A stretch of 32,197 nucleotides of DNA. Origin: a bacterium. GTDB taxonomy: Bacteria; UBA9089; CG2-30-40-21; SBAY01. The first letter of the stretch is position 1. Every line of letters starts with the position of its first letter. Under the pieces are notes generated by a model. That model saw only the letters and a list, made by a program, of their open reading frames with translations, was not told the DNA's origin and did not search any database. The stretch lies in NCBI GenBank assembly GCA_040754115.1, contig JBFMDD010000032.1, positions 1-32,197 of the forward strand, read 5' to 3'. Position numbers and translations under genes: made by a program. Below are positions 23,592 to 31,385 of this stretch, one piece after another.

Positions 23592-26024
23592 ATGATGATT
23601 AATGAAATTATGAGTTGTTTTTTGCCTGGAATTATTACTATCCTGTTTATCTTGTTACTTATATTTTACAAGGAAATTGTCCATGTAATTGAACAATGGA
23701 TTAATAAATTTACACAATGGTTTTCGATTAATGTGTTAAAATCGTATGATAAAAGTCTTAACCAGTACCTTAAAACTCTTACATCTCAATTACAAGAGGA
23801 TATTATCGCTTGTAGAGTTTTGGGTGAAAAAATAGACTTAGAAAAAAGCTATATCAGTCTTAAATTAAAAAATAAGGAATATCCTGCTATCAAAATTAGT
23901 GAACAAAAGGAGTATGAAGTTGAAGAAATTTTAAAAAAGGAACAGGAATTTGGAAACATACTGATGCTAATTGGTAAATCAGGCTCAGGTAAAACTACCA
24001 TCCTTAAACACTTAGCTTATACAGTTAGCTTAGGAAAGGGTATTCGCCACATTCCTGTATTTATCACTATTACACAATGGGTAGAAAAGAATTTAAGTTT
24101 AGTGGACTATATTTTTCATATTATCTCTAAAAATGGCTTTCAAGGAACGCTCAAATTTATAGAAAATAAACTTTCAGCAGGAAAATTCTTAATACTGCTG
24201 GATGGATTTGATGAGGAATTTAAAAAACAAAAAGAAATAATAGAGCAAATTGAAACCTTTGCTAATCACCCAAGATATAAAAAGAACAAAATTATAGTTA
24301 CCTCAAAGCCTATTCTTGATACTATTGAACTTGCTAATTTCAAGCAATTTGAGATATTAGAGTTAAACAATAGACAACAAAGATTATTTCTTGAGAGTAA
24401 AATTGGTAAAGAAAGTGATTTTGACTTTGATAGATGTAGAGAATTAATTGTAGCTATTGAACAAGATAGTAAAGTTGAACATTTAGCTCGAAATCCACTC
24501 CTGCTTACTTTTATCTATCATATCTTTAAACATAATTTGGAATTACCCAAAAGGTGTGTAGATATTTATGAGCTATGTACTAACCTGATGATAAAGAGAG
24601 ATAAAGAGCTACAAATTGATATATTAAAAAATGTAGCATATCATTACCATCTTAATCGAGTTATAGAACTTGATATAAAATCATTATTAAAGATAATCGA
24701 GGAAAGTATATCTGATTTTACTTCACTTTCATTACTTAAAGACTTTGAAAGTAATGGTATTATCCGTAAAAAGACTTATACTACCTACGAGTTTATCCAC
24801 CTTACCTTTCAAGAGTATTTAGTAGCTGCCTATATCAACGATAATAGAAAAGATAGAGAAAAGATTTTATTTGAGAATATAGGAGATTACTGGTGGGAAG
24901 GAGTTATACTACTTTATGCAGGGATGAGTGGTGATGCCAGTAGCTTTATTAAGAAGGTGCTAAAGAGCAATGCAGAAATTACAAGTAAATGTTTGCTTGA
25001 GGTGGAAACTTTAAATAATGATGTACGGGATGAAGTTTTGAAGAAATTGATAGAAACCTCTGATGGTGCGGATAAAGAGCTATTTGATAAGATATTTGAA
25101 TCATTATCAAATGGAGATATTAATTCTGTACTTATTCAAGGATTACAAACCACTACAGATAGAGAATTACGATATCGGATTGTCAAACTTTTGGCAAATA
25201 GATTTAAAAAAGGAAGTAAGGAATTAGTTGATGTTATGAAACAAGTATTTGAGAAAGATACCTATGGAAATACACTTTATTTTGCTATGCAAATCTTAGA
25301 GAAAATTGACACCCCTGAAGCAACAGCAATAATTAACTCATTTAAAGGTAGTGGTAAATCCAGTGTATCAACACAGATGGCATTGATACCAGCAGGTAGA
25401 TTTTTGATGGGCAGTCGCAAAAATGAAGGTTTTGAATCAGAACACCCTATTCATGAGATTCACTTAGACATATTTTATATGGATAAGACATCAGTAACTA
25501 ATGCTGAATATGAAAAATTTGATCCTGGCCATGAAAGATGTTGGGAGGATGAAGGAGATAATCATCCAGTAGTTAATATTTCATGGTATGAAGCTTACAT
25601 GTACGCACTGTGGTCTGGAAAACGGCTACCAACTGAGGCAGAATGGGAAAAGGGAGCGCGAGGAACAGATGGACGCAGGTATCCATGGGAAAATATGTTT
25701 GACGCTAAAAAATGTAATACAAGTGAAAGTAAAATTGGTAAAACAACACCTGTAAGAAAATATAGTAGTATTGGAGAAAGCCCTTATGGGTGTTTGGATA
25801 TGGTTGGTAATGTATTGGAATGGTGTGAAGATTGGTATGATGAAAATTATTATACCAACACTACAGATAGAAATCCCACAGGACCAGAAAAAGGAATTTT
25901 TCGAGTATTGCGTGGTGGGGCGTGGAACCTTGACAAGAATAGTGCAAGATGTGCCTGTCGTTTGAATGCATATCCAGATTATAGAAGCAACTGTGTAGGA
26001 TTCCGCTGTGTTAGAACTCCTTAA
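23592..26024 (+). CDS. Membrane-anchored STAND NTPase: N-terminal TM helix, NACHT module, HEAT-like repeats, C-terminal FGE-sulfatase (SUMF1/C-type-lectin fold) domain
   Basis: The TM helix is SCFLPGIITILFILLLIFY (aa 8-26). Walker A GKSGSGKTT is aa 128-136 (nt 23973-23999) and Walker B LILLDGFDE is aa 200-208. The NACHT-type ARNPLLL is near aa 299-305. The helical-repeat region spans aa ~455-585. The FGE fold spans aa ~596-809: MALIPAGRFLMGS, HPVVNISWYEAYMYALW, RLPTEAEWEKGARG, YPWEN, GNVLEWCEDWY, RVLRGGAW, GFRCV. Confidence 0.85.
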   Translation: MMINEIMSCFLPGIITILFILLLIFYKEIVHVIEQWINKFTQWFSINVLKSYDKSLNQYLKTLTSQLQEDIIACRVLGEKIDLEKSYISLKLKNKEYPAIKISEQKEYEVEEILKKEQEFGNILMLIGKSGSGKTTILKHLAYTVSLGKGIRHIPVFITITQWVEKNLSLVDYIFHIISKNGFQGTLKFIENKLSAGKFLILLDGFDEEFKKQKEIIEQIETFANHPRYKKNKIIVTSKPILDTIELANFKQFEILELNNRQQRLFLESKIGKESDFDFDRCRELIVAIEQDSKVEHLARNPLLLTFIYHIFKHNLELPKRCVDIYELCTNLMIKRDKELQIDILKNVAYHYHLNRVIELDIKSLLKIIEESISDFTSLSLLKDFESNGIIRKKTYTTYEFIHLTFQEYLVAAYINDNRKDREKILFENIGDYWWEGVILLYAGMSGDASSFIKKVLKSNAEITSKCLLEVETLNNDVRDEVLKKLIETSDGADKELFDKIFESLSNGDINSVLIQGLQTTTDRELRYRIVKLLANRFKKGSKELVDVMKQVFEKDTYGNTLYFAMQILEKIDTPEATAIINSFKGSGKSSVSTQMALIPAGRFLMGSRKNEGFESEHPIHEIHLDIFYMDKTSVTNAEYEKFDPGHERCWEDEGDNHPVVNISWYEAYMYALWSGKRLPTEAEWEKGARGTDGRRYPWENMFDAKKCNTSESKIGKTTPVRKYSSIGESPYGCLDMVGNVLEWCEDWYDENYYTNTTDRNPTGPEKGIFRVLRGGAWNLDKNSARCACRLNAYPDYRSNCVGFRCVRTP

Positions 26025-26036
26025 TTCGGCTTGTAT

Positions 26037-26062
26037 TTAACCGTACAGGTCGAATTTTTTGC
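26037..26062 (+). repeat. Short dispersed module TTAACCRTACAGGTCGAAYTTTTGC (copy 1)
   Basis: TTAACCGTACAGGTCGAATTTTTTGC at 26037-26062 matches TTAACCATACAGGTCGAACTTTTGC at 32035-32059. A diverged relative shares TTTTGCACGAAAT around 9893-9940. Confidence 0.65.
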
Positions 26063-26170
26063 TTGATCGTATAGTAATAAAATTAGAGTAGAGATTTTAA
26101 TCTCTATTTTTAGAGGATAAATCCTCTACTCTATTAAAGTTATCAAGCGAAGCGAGATTTTTTGCTTGAC
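26053..26170. repeat. Nested inverted repeats flanked by the direct repeat ATTTTTTGCTTGA
   Basis: The direct repeat occurs at 26053-26066 (aattttttgcttga) and 26156-26169 (gattttttgcttga). Inverted pairs are GCTTGAT/ATCAAGC (26061-26067 / 26142-26148), TAGAGTAGAG/CTCTACTCTA (26084-26093 / 26124-26133), AGAGAT-TTTA-ATCTCT (26090-26105) and AGAGGAT-AA-ATCCTCT (26112-26127). Confidence 0.75.
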
Positions 26171-26206
26171 AGGAGAGGGAATTTATGATAAAAATATATT
26201 AAATTT

Positions 26207-26283
26207 TGGAGTGTGAAAGCTTTAGGCTTTTAGCCAGAAATATTGCTTTTGAAGTAAAAGCTGTGGCAAGCCACCGTACTCCA
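26207..26283 (+). other. Multi-hairpin module closed by TGGAGT/ACTCCA
   Basis: The outer pair is TGGAGT (26207-26212) with ACTCCA (26278-26283). Inner hairpins are GGCT-TTT-AGCC (26225-26235), GCTTTT-GAAGT-AAAAGC (26245-26261) and GTGGC-AA-GCCAC (26263-26274). Confidence 0.55.
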
Positions 26284-26303
26284 TACATCCCAAAATTGAT
26301 ATT

Positions 26304-26352
26304 GGAGTGACAGCACTTGTGCTGTCAATGACACCACAAGTGGTGTCACTCC
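26304..26352 (+). promoter_or_regulatory. Twin 18-bp inverted repeats enclosed by GGAGTGA/TCACTCC, ending 28 nt upstream of the FliO-like ATG (operator- or RNA-structure-like)
   Basis: The twin repeats are GACAGCAC-TT-GTGCTGTC (26309-26326) and GACACCAC-AA-GTGGTGTC (26330-26347), separated by AAT. The outer pair is GGAGTGA (26304-26310) with TCACTCC (26346-26352). Function is unknown. Confidence 0.45.
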
Positions 26353-26380
26353 TCATTTCCCTGTCCAAGAGAGAATTAGT

Positions 26381-26980
26381 ATGTTAAAAAGAAGTTTTAT
26401 CTTTAGCATATGTGTAGTAATAAGTTTTTGTGTTGTGACATGTATTGAATCAAAAATATGTTATGGGATAAAAGCAAAAGTCGAACAAAGTAGTGAGGAT
26501 ATTGCTTTAGGAGAAGATGGAAAAGAAGAACTTGCAGGTGGAAAATATAATATTAACCTGTTTGTTCTGATTATAAAGGCTATCTTCTCACTCATAATTA
26601 TTACTGTACTCATCTATTTTATCCTTCGTTTCTTTCTGAAAGGACAGAGATGGATTACCAAACAATCAGGACTTATCCAAATTATCGCTACTCATCCTTT
26701 AGCCCCTAATAAATATATCCAGATAGTAGAAATTGGTAATAAGTTATTAGTTTTAGGTGTGAGCGAACATAACATTAATTTATTGACTGAAATTGTAGAT
26801 AAAGAAGTAATAGATTTTATTAAAATACAATCTTCTAAACAAGAAGATAAAATGCAACTATCCTTTATCCAACATCTAAAAAATAAACTTCGTGTCCAAG
26901 AAATACAACAAACAGACTATGACGAAAAGCTAAAATTTTTAAATAAACAAAGAGAAAGATTAAGAAAATTAGAAGCATAG
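26381..26980 (+). CDS. FliO/FliZ-like flagellar export-apparatus accessory protein
   Basis: The architecture and core resemble Bacillus FliZ/FliO as I recall them: a signal-like N-terminus, a central TM (FVLIIKAIFSLIIITVLIYFIL), then LIQIIATHPLAPNKYIQIVEIGNKLLVLGVSEHNINLLTEI (compare ..VQLIKVGKSVLVVGVGE.IQLLKEI). The match is from memory and is not a scored alignment. Confidence 0.6.
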   Translation: MLKRSFIFSICVVISFCVVTCIESKICYGIKAKVEQSSEDIALGEDGKEELAGGKYNINLFVLIIKAIFSLIIITVLIYFILRFFLKGQRWITKQSGLIQIIATHPLAPNKYIQIVEIGNKLLVLGVSEHNINLLTEIVDKEVIDFIKIQSSKQEDKMQLSFIQHLKNKLRVQEIQQTDYDEKLKFLNKQRERLRKLEA

Positions 26981-26998
26981 AGCCAAAAGGAGGATAAA

Positions 26999-28774
26999 GT
27001 GGACTACTTTGACTCAAATATGACACTATTAACAAAAAGAGAGCCTCAATTAGTTAAGCGATTGGAAGGAGTAACTCCATCTCCGGATGTTAACCTTGCC
27101 TCTTTACCAACTACCCCTATAATTGATCCTAATATGAGTTTAAATCATATCAATACATTAGTAGTGTTAGGTTTTGGAGTGGGAACTCATGTAAGAGAGC
27201 TGGCAGAAAGAGTTCAAAAGAAAACACTTTTACTGGTAATCGATCCTGATATAGCTACTTTCAAGGCATTACTTAAAATAATAGATTTAACTCCTATTTT
27301 ACAATCACCCAATGTTAAACTTGCAATTGGAGAGTCTGCCACCCATGCTGTGCGATATCGAATAGATGATTACTATAAAGTAAATACTGTTCCTGATATA
27401 ACCATTGCAGAACACAAATGGTCTGTTAAAAAGAATCCCGAGTATTATGAGAAAATAAAGGAATTATTGGAGGAGTCAAGTATTATTGGCCGTCAAAATT
27501 TAGCTACACTTATGGAAAGTGCTTCCCTATGGCAAAATCAGATTCTAACCAATATATCTATTATTATAAAATGTCCTGGTCTAAAAGCATTGTTTGGTAG
27601 ATTTCCAAATATCCCTACAATTATAGTTGGAGCAGGTCCTTCTCTTGATAAAAATGTTGCTTATTTAAAAGATGCTAAAGATAAGGCATTAATTATATGT
27701 GTAGATACAGCGTTAAGAACTCTATTTAATAATAATATTAAACCAGATTTGGTGGTAACTATTGATGCTACTGCAAAAAATTATAATTATTATTTAAAAG
27801 ACCTTGATTTATCAGATATATATTTAATTGCAGGCCCTGCAGTTTACCCGCAGACTATGTTATCCTTCGCCCCAAAGATATTTGTAAGTAGTTTTGGACA
27901 TCCATTATTAGATTGGATTGAGACATTTATAGGGACGAAAGGAACTATTAAACTTGGTGGCTCTGTTTCAACCGCTGCATTTGATTTGGCTCGAAGATGT
28001 GGTGCTAACCCTATTGTATTTATCGGTCAGGATTTAGCATTTACAGATGATAAAGTATATACCTCTGGAGTGAAAAAGGAACGAATAAAAGAGGTAGAAG
28101 AGGTAATGCCAAAAGCTGATATTATCTGGGTAGAGGATATTTATGGTGGTAAAGTGAAGACTGTACGGGGTATATGGACATGGATTAAATGGTTTGAACA
28201 TCAAATAAGTGAAATACCACATGTTCTTTGTATTGATGCTACTGAGGGAGGTGCTAAAATACAGGGAACTAAAATCATGACATTAAAAGGGGTGATTGAA
28301 AATTATTGCCAAAAATATATTAATATTAGCCAGATTTTACATGATGCAACTAAACATTATGTTTTATCTGATATGACTAACCTATTGCGAGAAATGGAGG
28401 TATTAATAAAAGATTGGAGAAAGGTACAATTTATTGGGAAAGAAGGGGCAATACTGGCAAATAAACTACTCGAAATAATAGCAGATAACCAGATAAATAA
28501 AAGAGCTAAAAAGATATTTAAAGAACTGGGTGTTCTATATCAACGGATAATTGAAAATCACAAAGGACTACTAAGACTCGGTAGTTGGAACTTAGAACCG
28601 TTATTATTTAAAATGGAGAAGTATCATTTAAGTAATGACCCAAATATGAGAGTTAGAGCATGTAAAAGCTTCTTTGAAGAAATATCAACCTATTGTCAAG
28701 ATTCTGTTGCATCACTACAATCAGTCCATAAGAAATTATTAGAGATAGAAGAGGAAAGAAAAAAGTATTTTTAA
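26999..28774 (+). CDS. Motility-accessory-factor (Maf) type DUF115 / MptE-like glycosyltransferase
   Basis: The DUF115 core is PTIIVGAGPSLDKN ... LIICVDTALRTL ... PDLVVTIDA ... GGSVSTAAFDLA ... IVFIGQDLAF. The size (591 aa) is typical of Maf flagellin glycosyltransferases. A GTG start follows the SD AAGGAGG. Confidence 0.7.
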   Translation: MDYFDSNMTLLTKREPQLVKRLEGVTPSPDVNLASLPTTPIIDPNMSLNHINTLVVLGFGVGTHVRELAERVQKKTLLLVIDPDIATFKALLKIIDLTPILQSPNVKLAIGESATHAVRYRIDDYYKVNTVPDITIAEHKWSVKKNPEYYEKIKELLEESSIIGRQNLATLMESASLWQNQILTNISIIIKCPGLKALFGRFPNIPTIIVGAGPSLDKNVAYLKDAKDKALIICVDTALRTLFNNNIKPDLVVTIDATAKNYNYYLKDLDLSDIYLIAGPAVYPQTMLSFAPKIFVSSFGHPLLDWIETFIGTKGTIKLGGSVSTAAFDLARRCGANPIVFIGQDLAFTDDKVYTSGVKKERIKEVEEVMPKADIIWVEDIYGGKVKTVRGIWTWIKWFEHQISEIPHVLCIDATEGGAKIQGTKIMTLKGVIENYCQKYINISQILHDATKHYVLSDMTNLLREMEVLIKDWRKVQFIGKEGAILANKLLEIIADNQINKRAKKIFKELGVLYQRIIENHKGLLRLGSWNLEPLLFKMEKYHLSNDPNMRVRACKSFFEEISTYCQDSVASLQSVHKKLLEIEEERKKYF

Positions 28775-28778
28775 TGAA

Positions 28779-29642
28779 ATGATTGAAAAAAATGATTGTT
28801 TACTTTGTAAATTTAAAGATTATAAGATAATTAAAGCAATAAATGAGTATAATTTTAAAGAGTGTAAAAATTGTGGGCTAATTTATCTTGACCATCAGCC
28901 AGATGAAGGTGCATTAAAGGAACTTTATCCAGAGAAATATTTCCATTCACAACATCCAGAAGGTTATCATGATGTTATTGTTCGCAAAGATGATGTCATC
29001 AATTATAGACTAAAAGCCATTGTGGACTTAATAAACAATCTAAGTCCTAATAAAGGAAGATTACTTGAGGTTGGTTGTGCAGTAGGATATTTTTTAGAAT
29101 TAGCTCAGGCTTCAGGTTGGGAGGCTCAAGGTGTAGAATTATCCCCATGGGCGTCACAATATGCTCGGGAAAAGACAAAAGTTCAGGTGGCAACAGGAAA
29201 ACTTGAGGAGGTTAGATTTCCAGACGCATATTTTGATGCAATAGTAATGATAGAATTAATAGAACATACTCAAAATCCAAACATCTTTTTAAAAGAGGTC
29301 TATAGAATATTAAAACCTGATGGTATGATTCTTATTACCACACCTAATTCAAAAAGTATTCATGGTAAAATTTGGAAGAGAACATTTCAAGAAACTTTCT
29401 TAATTCCAGAACATCTGTTTTTATTCTCAATACCCACTATTAAACGAATATTAGAATTGATTAATTTTAGAATAATACATCTACAAACAAAAACATATCT
29501 AAGACGATATTATGATTACAAAGTTCCTAATGGATTATTACGACAAATAAGGAAATTAGGTAGAAAGCTAATGCTAAGATTAATTAACAGCTTAAATTCA
29601 GGAGAGATGTTACTTGTGGTAGCTAAGAAGTCAGTAAGGTGA
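28779..29642 (+). CDS. Class I SAM-dependent methyltransferase with N-terminal CxxC..CxxC zinc ribbon
   Basis: The zinc ribbon is CLLCKF..(x17)..CKNCGLIY. SAM motif I is LLEVGCAVGYFLE, and the post-I/II regions are GVELSP and DAIVMIELIEH. Confidence 0.8.
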   Translation: MIEKNDCLLCKFKDYKIIKAINEYNFKECKNCGLIYLDHQPDEGALKELYPEKYFHSQHPEGYHDVIVRKDDVINYRLKAIVDLINNLSPNKGRLLEVGCAVGYFLELAQASGWEAQGVELSPWASQYAREKTKVQVATGKLEEVRFPDAYFDAIVMIELIEHTQNPNIFLKEVYRILKPDGMILITTPNSKSIHGKIWKRTFQETFLIPEHLFLFSIPTIKRILELINFRIIHLQTKTYLRRYYDYKVPNGLLRQIRKLGRKLMLRLINSLNSGEMLLVVAKKSVR

Positions 29643-30248
29643 GTGGCAAATTTGGAAATTGTATTAATAATCATTGTCAGTTACATAATAGGCTCGATTC
29701 CTACTGCATATCTTGTTGGACGAATTTATGGGAAAGTGGATATAAGGACAGTTGGAAGTGGTAATGTTGGTGCAAGTAATGTCTATAGAGTAGTAGGGAA
29801 AGTAGCAGGAATTGGTGTTTTAATCATAGATATTCTCAAAGGACTTTTACCTGTTTATGTAGTTAGTTTATTAGGATTTGATACAATTCACAAAGTGGTT
29901 GCTGGGTTAGGGGCTATCAGCGGGCATACATGGACAATATTCCTTAAATTCAAAGGAGGAAAAGGAGTAGCTACAGGATTAGGTGTATTTCTTGGACTAA
30001 CACCTATTCCTGTTTTGATTGTCTTGGTGGTCTTTGTCTTAGTTGTAGCTATATCTAAATATATCGCCTTAGGTTCAATTATAGGCGCTTTGTTGCTATC
30101 ATTATTACTTTTATTTTTTGAAAAGGAAAATATAATAAAAACCTTTGGACTGGCGGTTTCTTTGCTTATTGTTATAAAGCATATACCTAATATCAAAAGA
30201 CTTATAGCTGGTCATGAACATAAGTTTGGAACTAAAATAGAAAAATAA
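29643..30248 (+). CDS. plsY: Glycerol-3-phosphate acyltransferase PlsY
   Basis: Motifs YIIGSIPTAYLVGR, GSGNVGASNVYR, HTWTIFLKFKGGKGVATGLG are present. The protein is about 200 aa, hydrophobic, and adjacent to gpsA. Confidence 0.95.
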   Translation: MANLEIVLIIIVSYIIGSIPTAYLVGRIYGKVDIRTVGSGNVGASNVYRVVGKVAGIGVLIIDILKGLLPVYVVSLLGFDTIHKVVAGLGAISGHTWTIFLKFKGGKGVATGLGVFLGLTPIPVLIVLVVFVLVVAISKYIALGSIIGALLLSLLLLFFEKENIIKTFGLAVSLLIVIKHIPNIKRLIAGHEHKFGTKIEK

Positions 30249-30304
30249 ACCTTCTAAACCTTAATGTTTATGGGAAAAAATTGTTAATTTTATTAAAAAA
30301 ATGC

Positions 30305-30333
30305 TTGCATTTTAGAGGATAATATGGTATTAT
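30305..30333 (+). promoter_or_regulatory. Sigma70-type promoter TTGCAT-17-TATTAT, 8 nt upstream of ATG 30342 (leaderless-type)
   Basis: TTGCAT is at 30305-30310, followed by the 17-nt spacer tttagaggataatatgg, TATTAT at 30328-30333, aactgtca, then ATG. There is no SD. Confidence 0.55.
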
Positions 30334-30341
30334 AACTGTCA

Positions 30342-31352
30342 ATGGATAATAATAAGATTGGAATTTTGGGAGGTGGTTCTTGGGGGACAACATTAGCTAT
30401 ATTACTTTATGAAAAAGGGCTGTCAATTAAAATATGGGAATTTTCGGATGAGCAGGTAGAAATAATAAGTAAAAAGCGAGAGAATGTAAAATTTTTACCA
30501 GGTATTTTTATTCCACAAGAAATTGAGATAACAAGTTGTTTAGAAGATGTGGTCAAAGAAGCAAATGTGATAGTAATAGCTCTTCCTTCGCAGGTAGTAA
30601 GAGAGGTAGCAAAGCGATTAGTTCCACTGATTACACATAATGCAGTGATAATTTCCGCGGTAAAGGGTTTAGAAATTTCTACAATGAGGCGAATATCAGA
30701 AGTGCTAAGTGAGTACCTGCCACAAGAAATAAAAATCGGTGTTATATCAGGACCTTCTCATGCAGAGGAGGTAAGTCGCAAAATTCCAACAGCAATAGTA
30801 ACTGCTGCACAAGATGAAAAGACAGCGAAATTTATTCAAGAACTTTTTCTGACACCAAATTTAAGAGTATATACTAATACAGATTTGGTAGGAGTAGAGT
30901 TGGGTGGAGCTTTAAAGAATGTTATTGCAATAGCAGCAGGTATTTCAGATGGATTGGGATTGGGAGATAATACGAAAGCAGCACTTATTACAAGAGGACT
31001 AGTTGAAATTATTCAAATAGGAAGAATATTGGGTGCAAAAGAATCTACATTTTTAGGGCTAAGCGGACTGGGAGATTTAGTAGTTACATGTACAAGTAAG
31101 TATAGTCGAAATAGACACTTAGGGGAAATGATAGGGAAGGGGAGTTCACTTCAAGAAGCTTTATCTAAGATGGTTATGATTGCAGAGGGTGTTCCTACGA
31201 CTAAGGCTGCTAAGGAGCTAGCAAATAAAGTAGATATTGAACTTCCTATTACAAATGAGGTGTACAAGGTACTTTTTGAAGCGAAGAATCCAAGACAAGC
31301 AGTTAATGATTTAATGTTGCGAAGTGCCAAGGCAGAGGAAGAGTTAGTATAG
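30342..31352 (+). CDS. gpsA: NAD(P)H-dependent glycerol-3-phosphate dehydrogenase
   Basis: Motifs are IGILGGGSWGTTLA (Rossmann), SGPSHAEEV and GGALKNVIAIAAGISDGLGLGDNTKAAL, with a length of 336 aa. Confidence 0.95.
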   Translation: MDNNKIGILGGGSWGTTLAILLYEKGLSIKIWEFSDEQVEIISKKRENVKFLPGIFIPQEIEITSCLEDVVKEANVIVIALPSQVVREVAKRLVPLITHNAVIISAVKGLEISTMRRISEVLSEYLPQEIKIGVISGPSHAEEVSRKIPTAIVTAAQDEKTAKFIQELFLTPNLRVYTNTDLVGVELGGALKNVIAIAAGISDGLGLGDNTKAALITRGLVEIIQIGRILGAKESTFLGLSGLGDLVVTCTSKYSRNRHLGEMIGKGSSLQEALSKMVMIAEGVPTTKAAKELANKVDIELPITNEVYKVLFEAKNPRQAVNDLMLRSAKAEEELV

Positions 31353-31385
31353 GGGTGTGAGCTGTAATAAAAAAATCAATGAAGC

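Noticed and set aside
25880-26380. A complete diversity-generating retroelement (template repeat plus RT) attached to the FGE-fold gene
   Set aside because: I saw no second copy of the C-terminal ~140 nt in the window, and none of the ORFs is a reverse transcriptase. Only the weaker trans-target idea is kept as a low-interest finding.
26025-26380. Known riboswitch (for example c-di-GMP) or sigma28 promoter upstream of the FliO-like gene
   Set aside because: I found no match to the TAAA-N15-GCCGATAA sigma28 consensus and no match to any riboswitch core I can recall. The TTGACA at 26166-26171 has no acceptable -10 box at a 16-19 nt spacing.
4615-30196. Antisense and alternative-frame shadow ORFs inside long genes (4615..4872, 5557..5769, 7695..7907, 8696..8929, 11745..11930, 12978..13178, 14184..14438, 14691..14954, 15977..16180, 17162..17392, 17748..18011, 22060..22251, 25771..25965, 28034..28222, 29888..30196)
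   Set aside because: Each is fully contained in a much longer ORF that has clear family motifs. Such shadow ORFs are expected in AT-rich DNA. None has a start-site signal.
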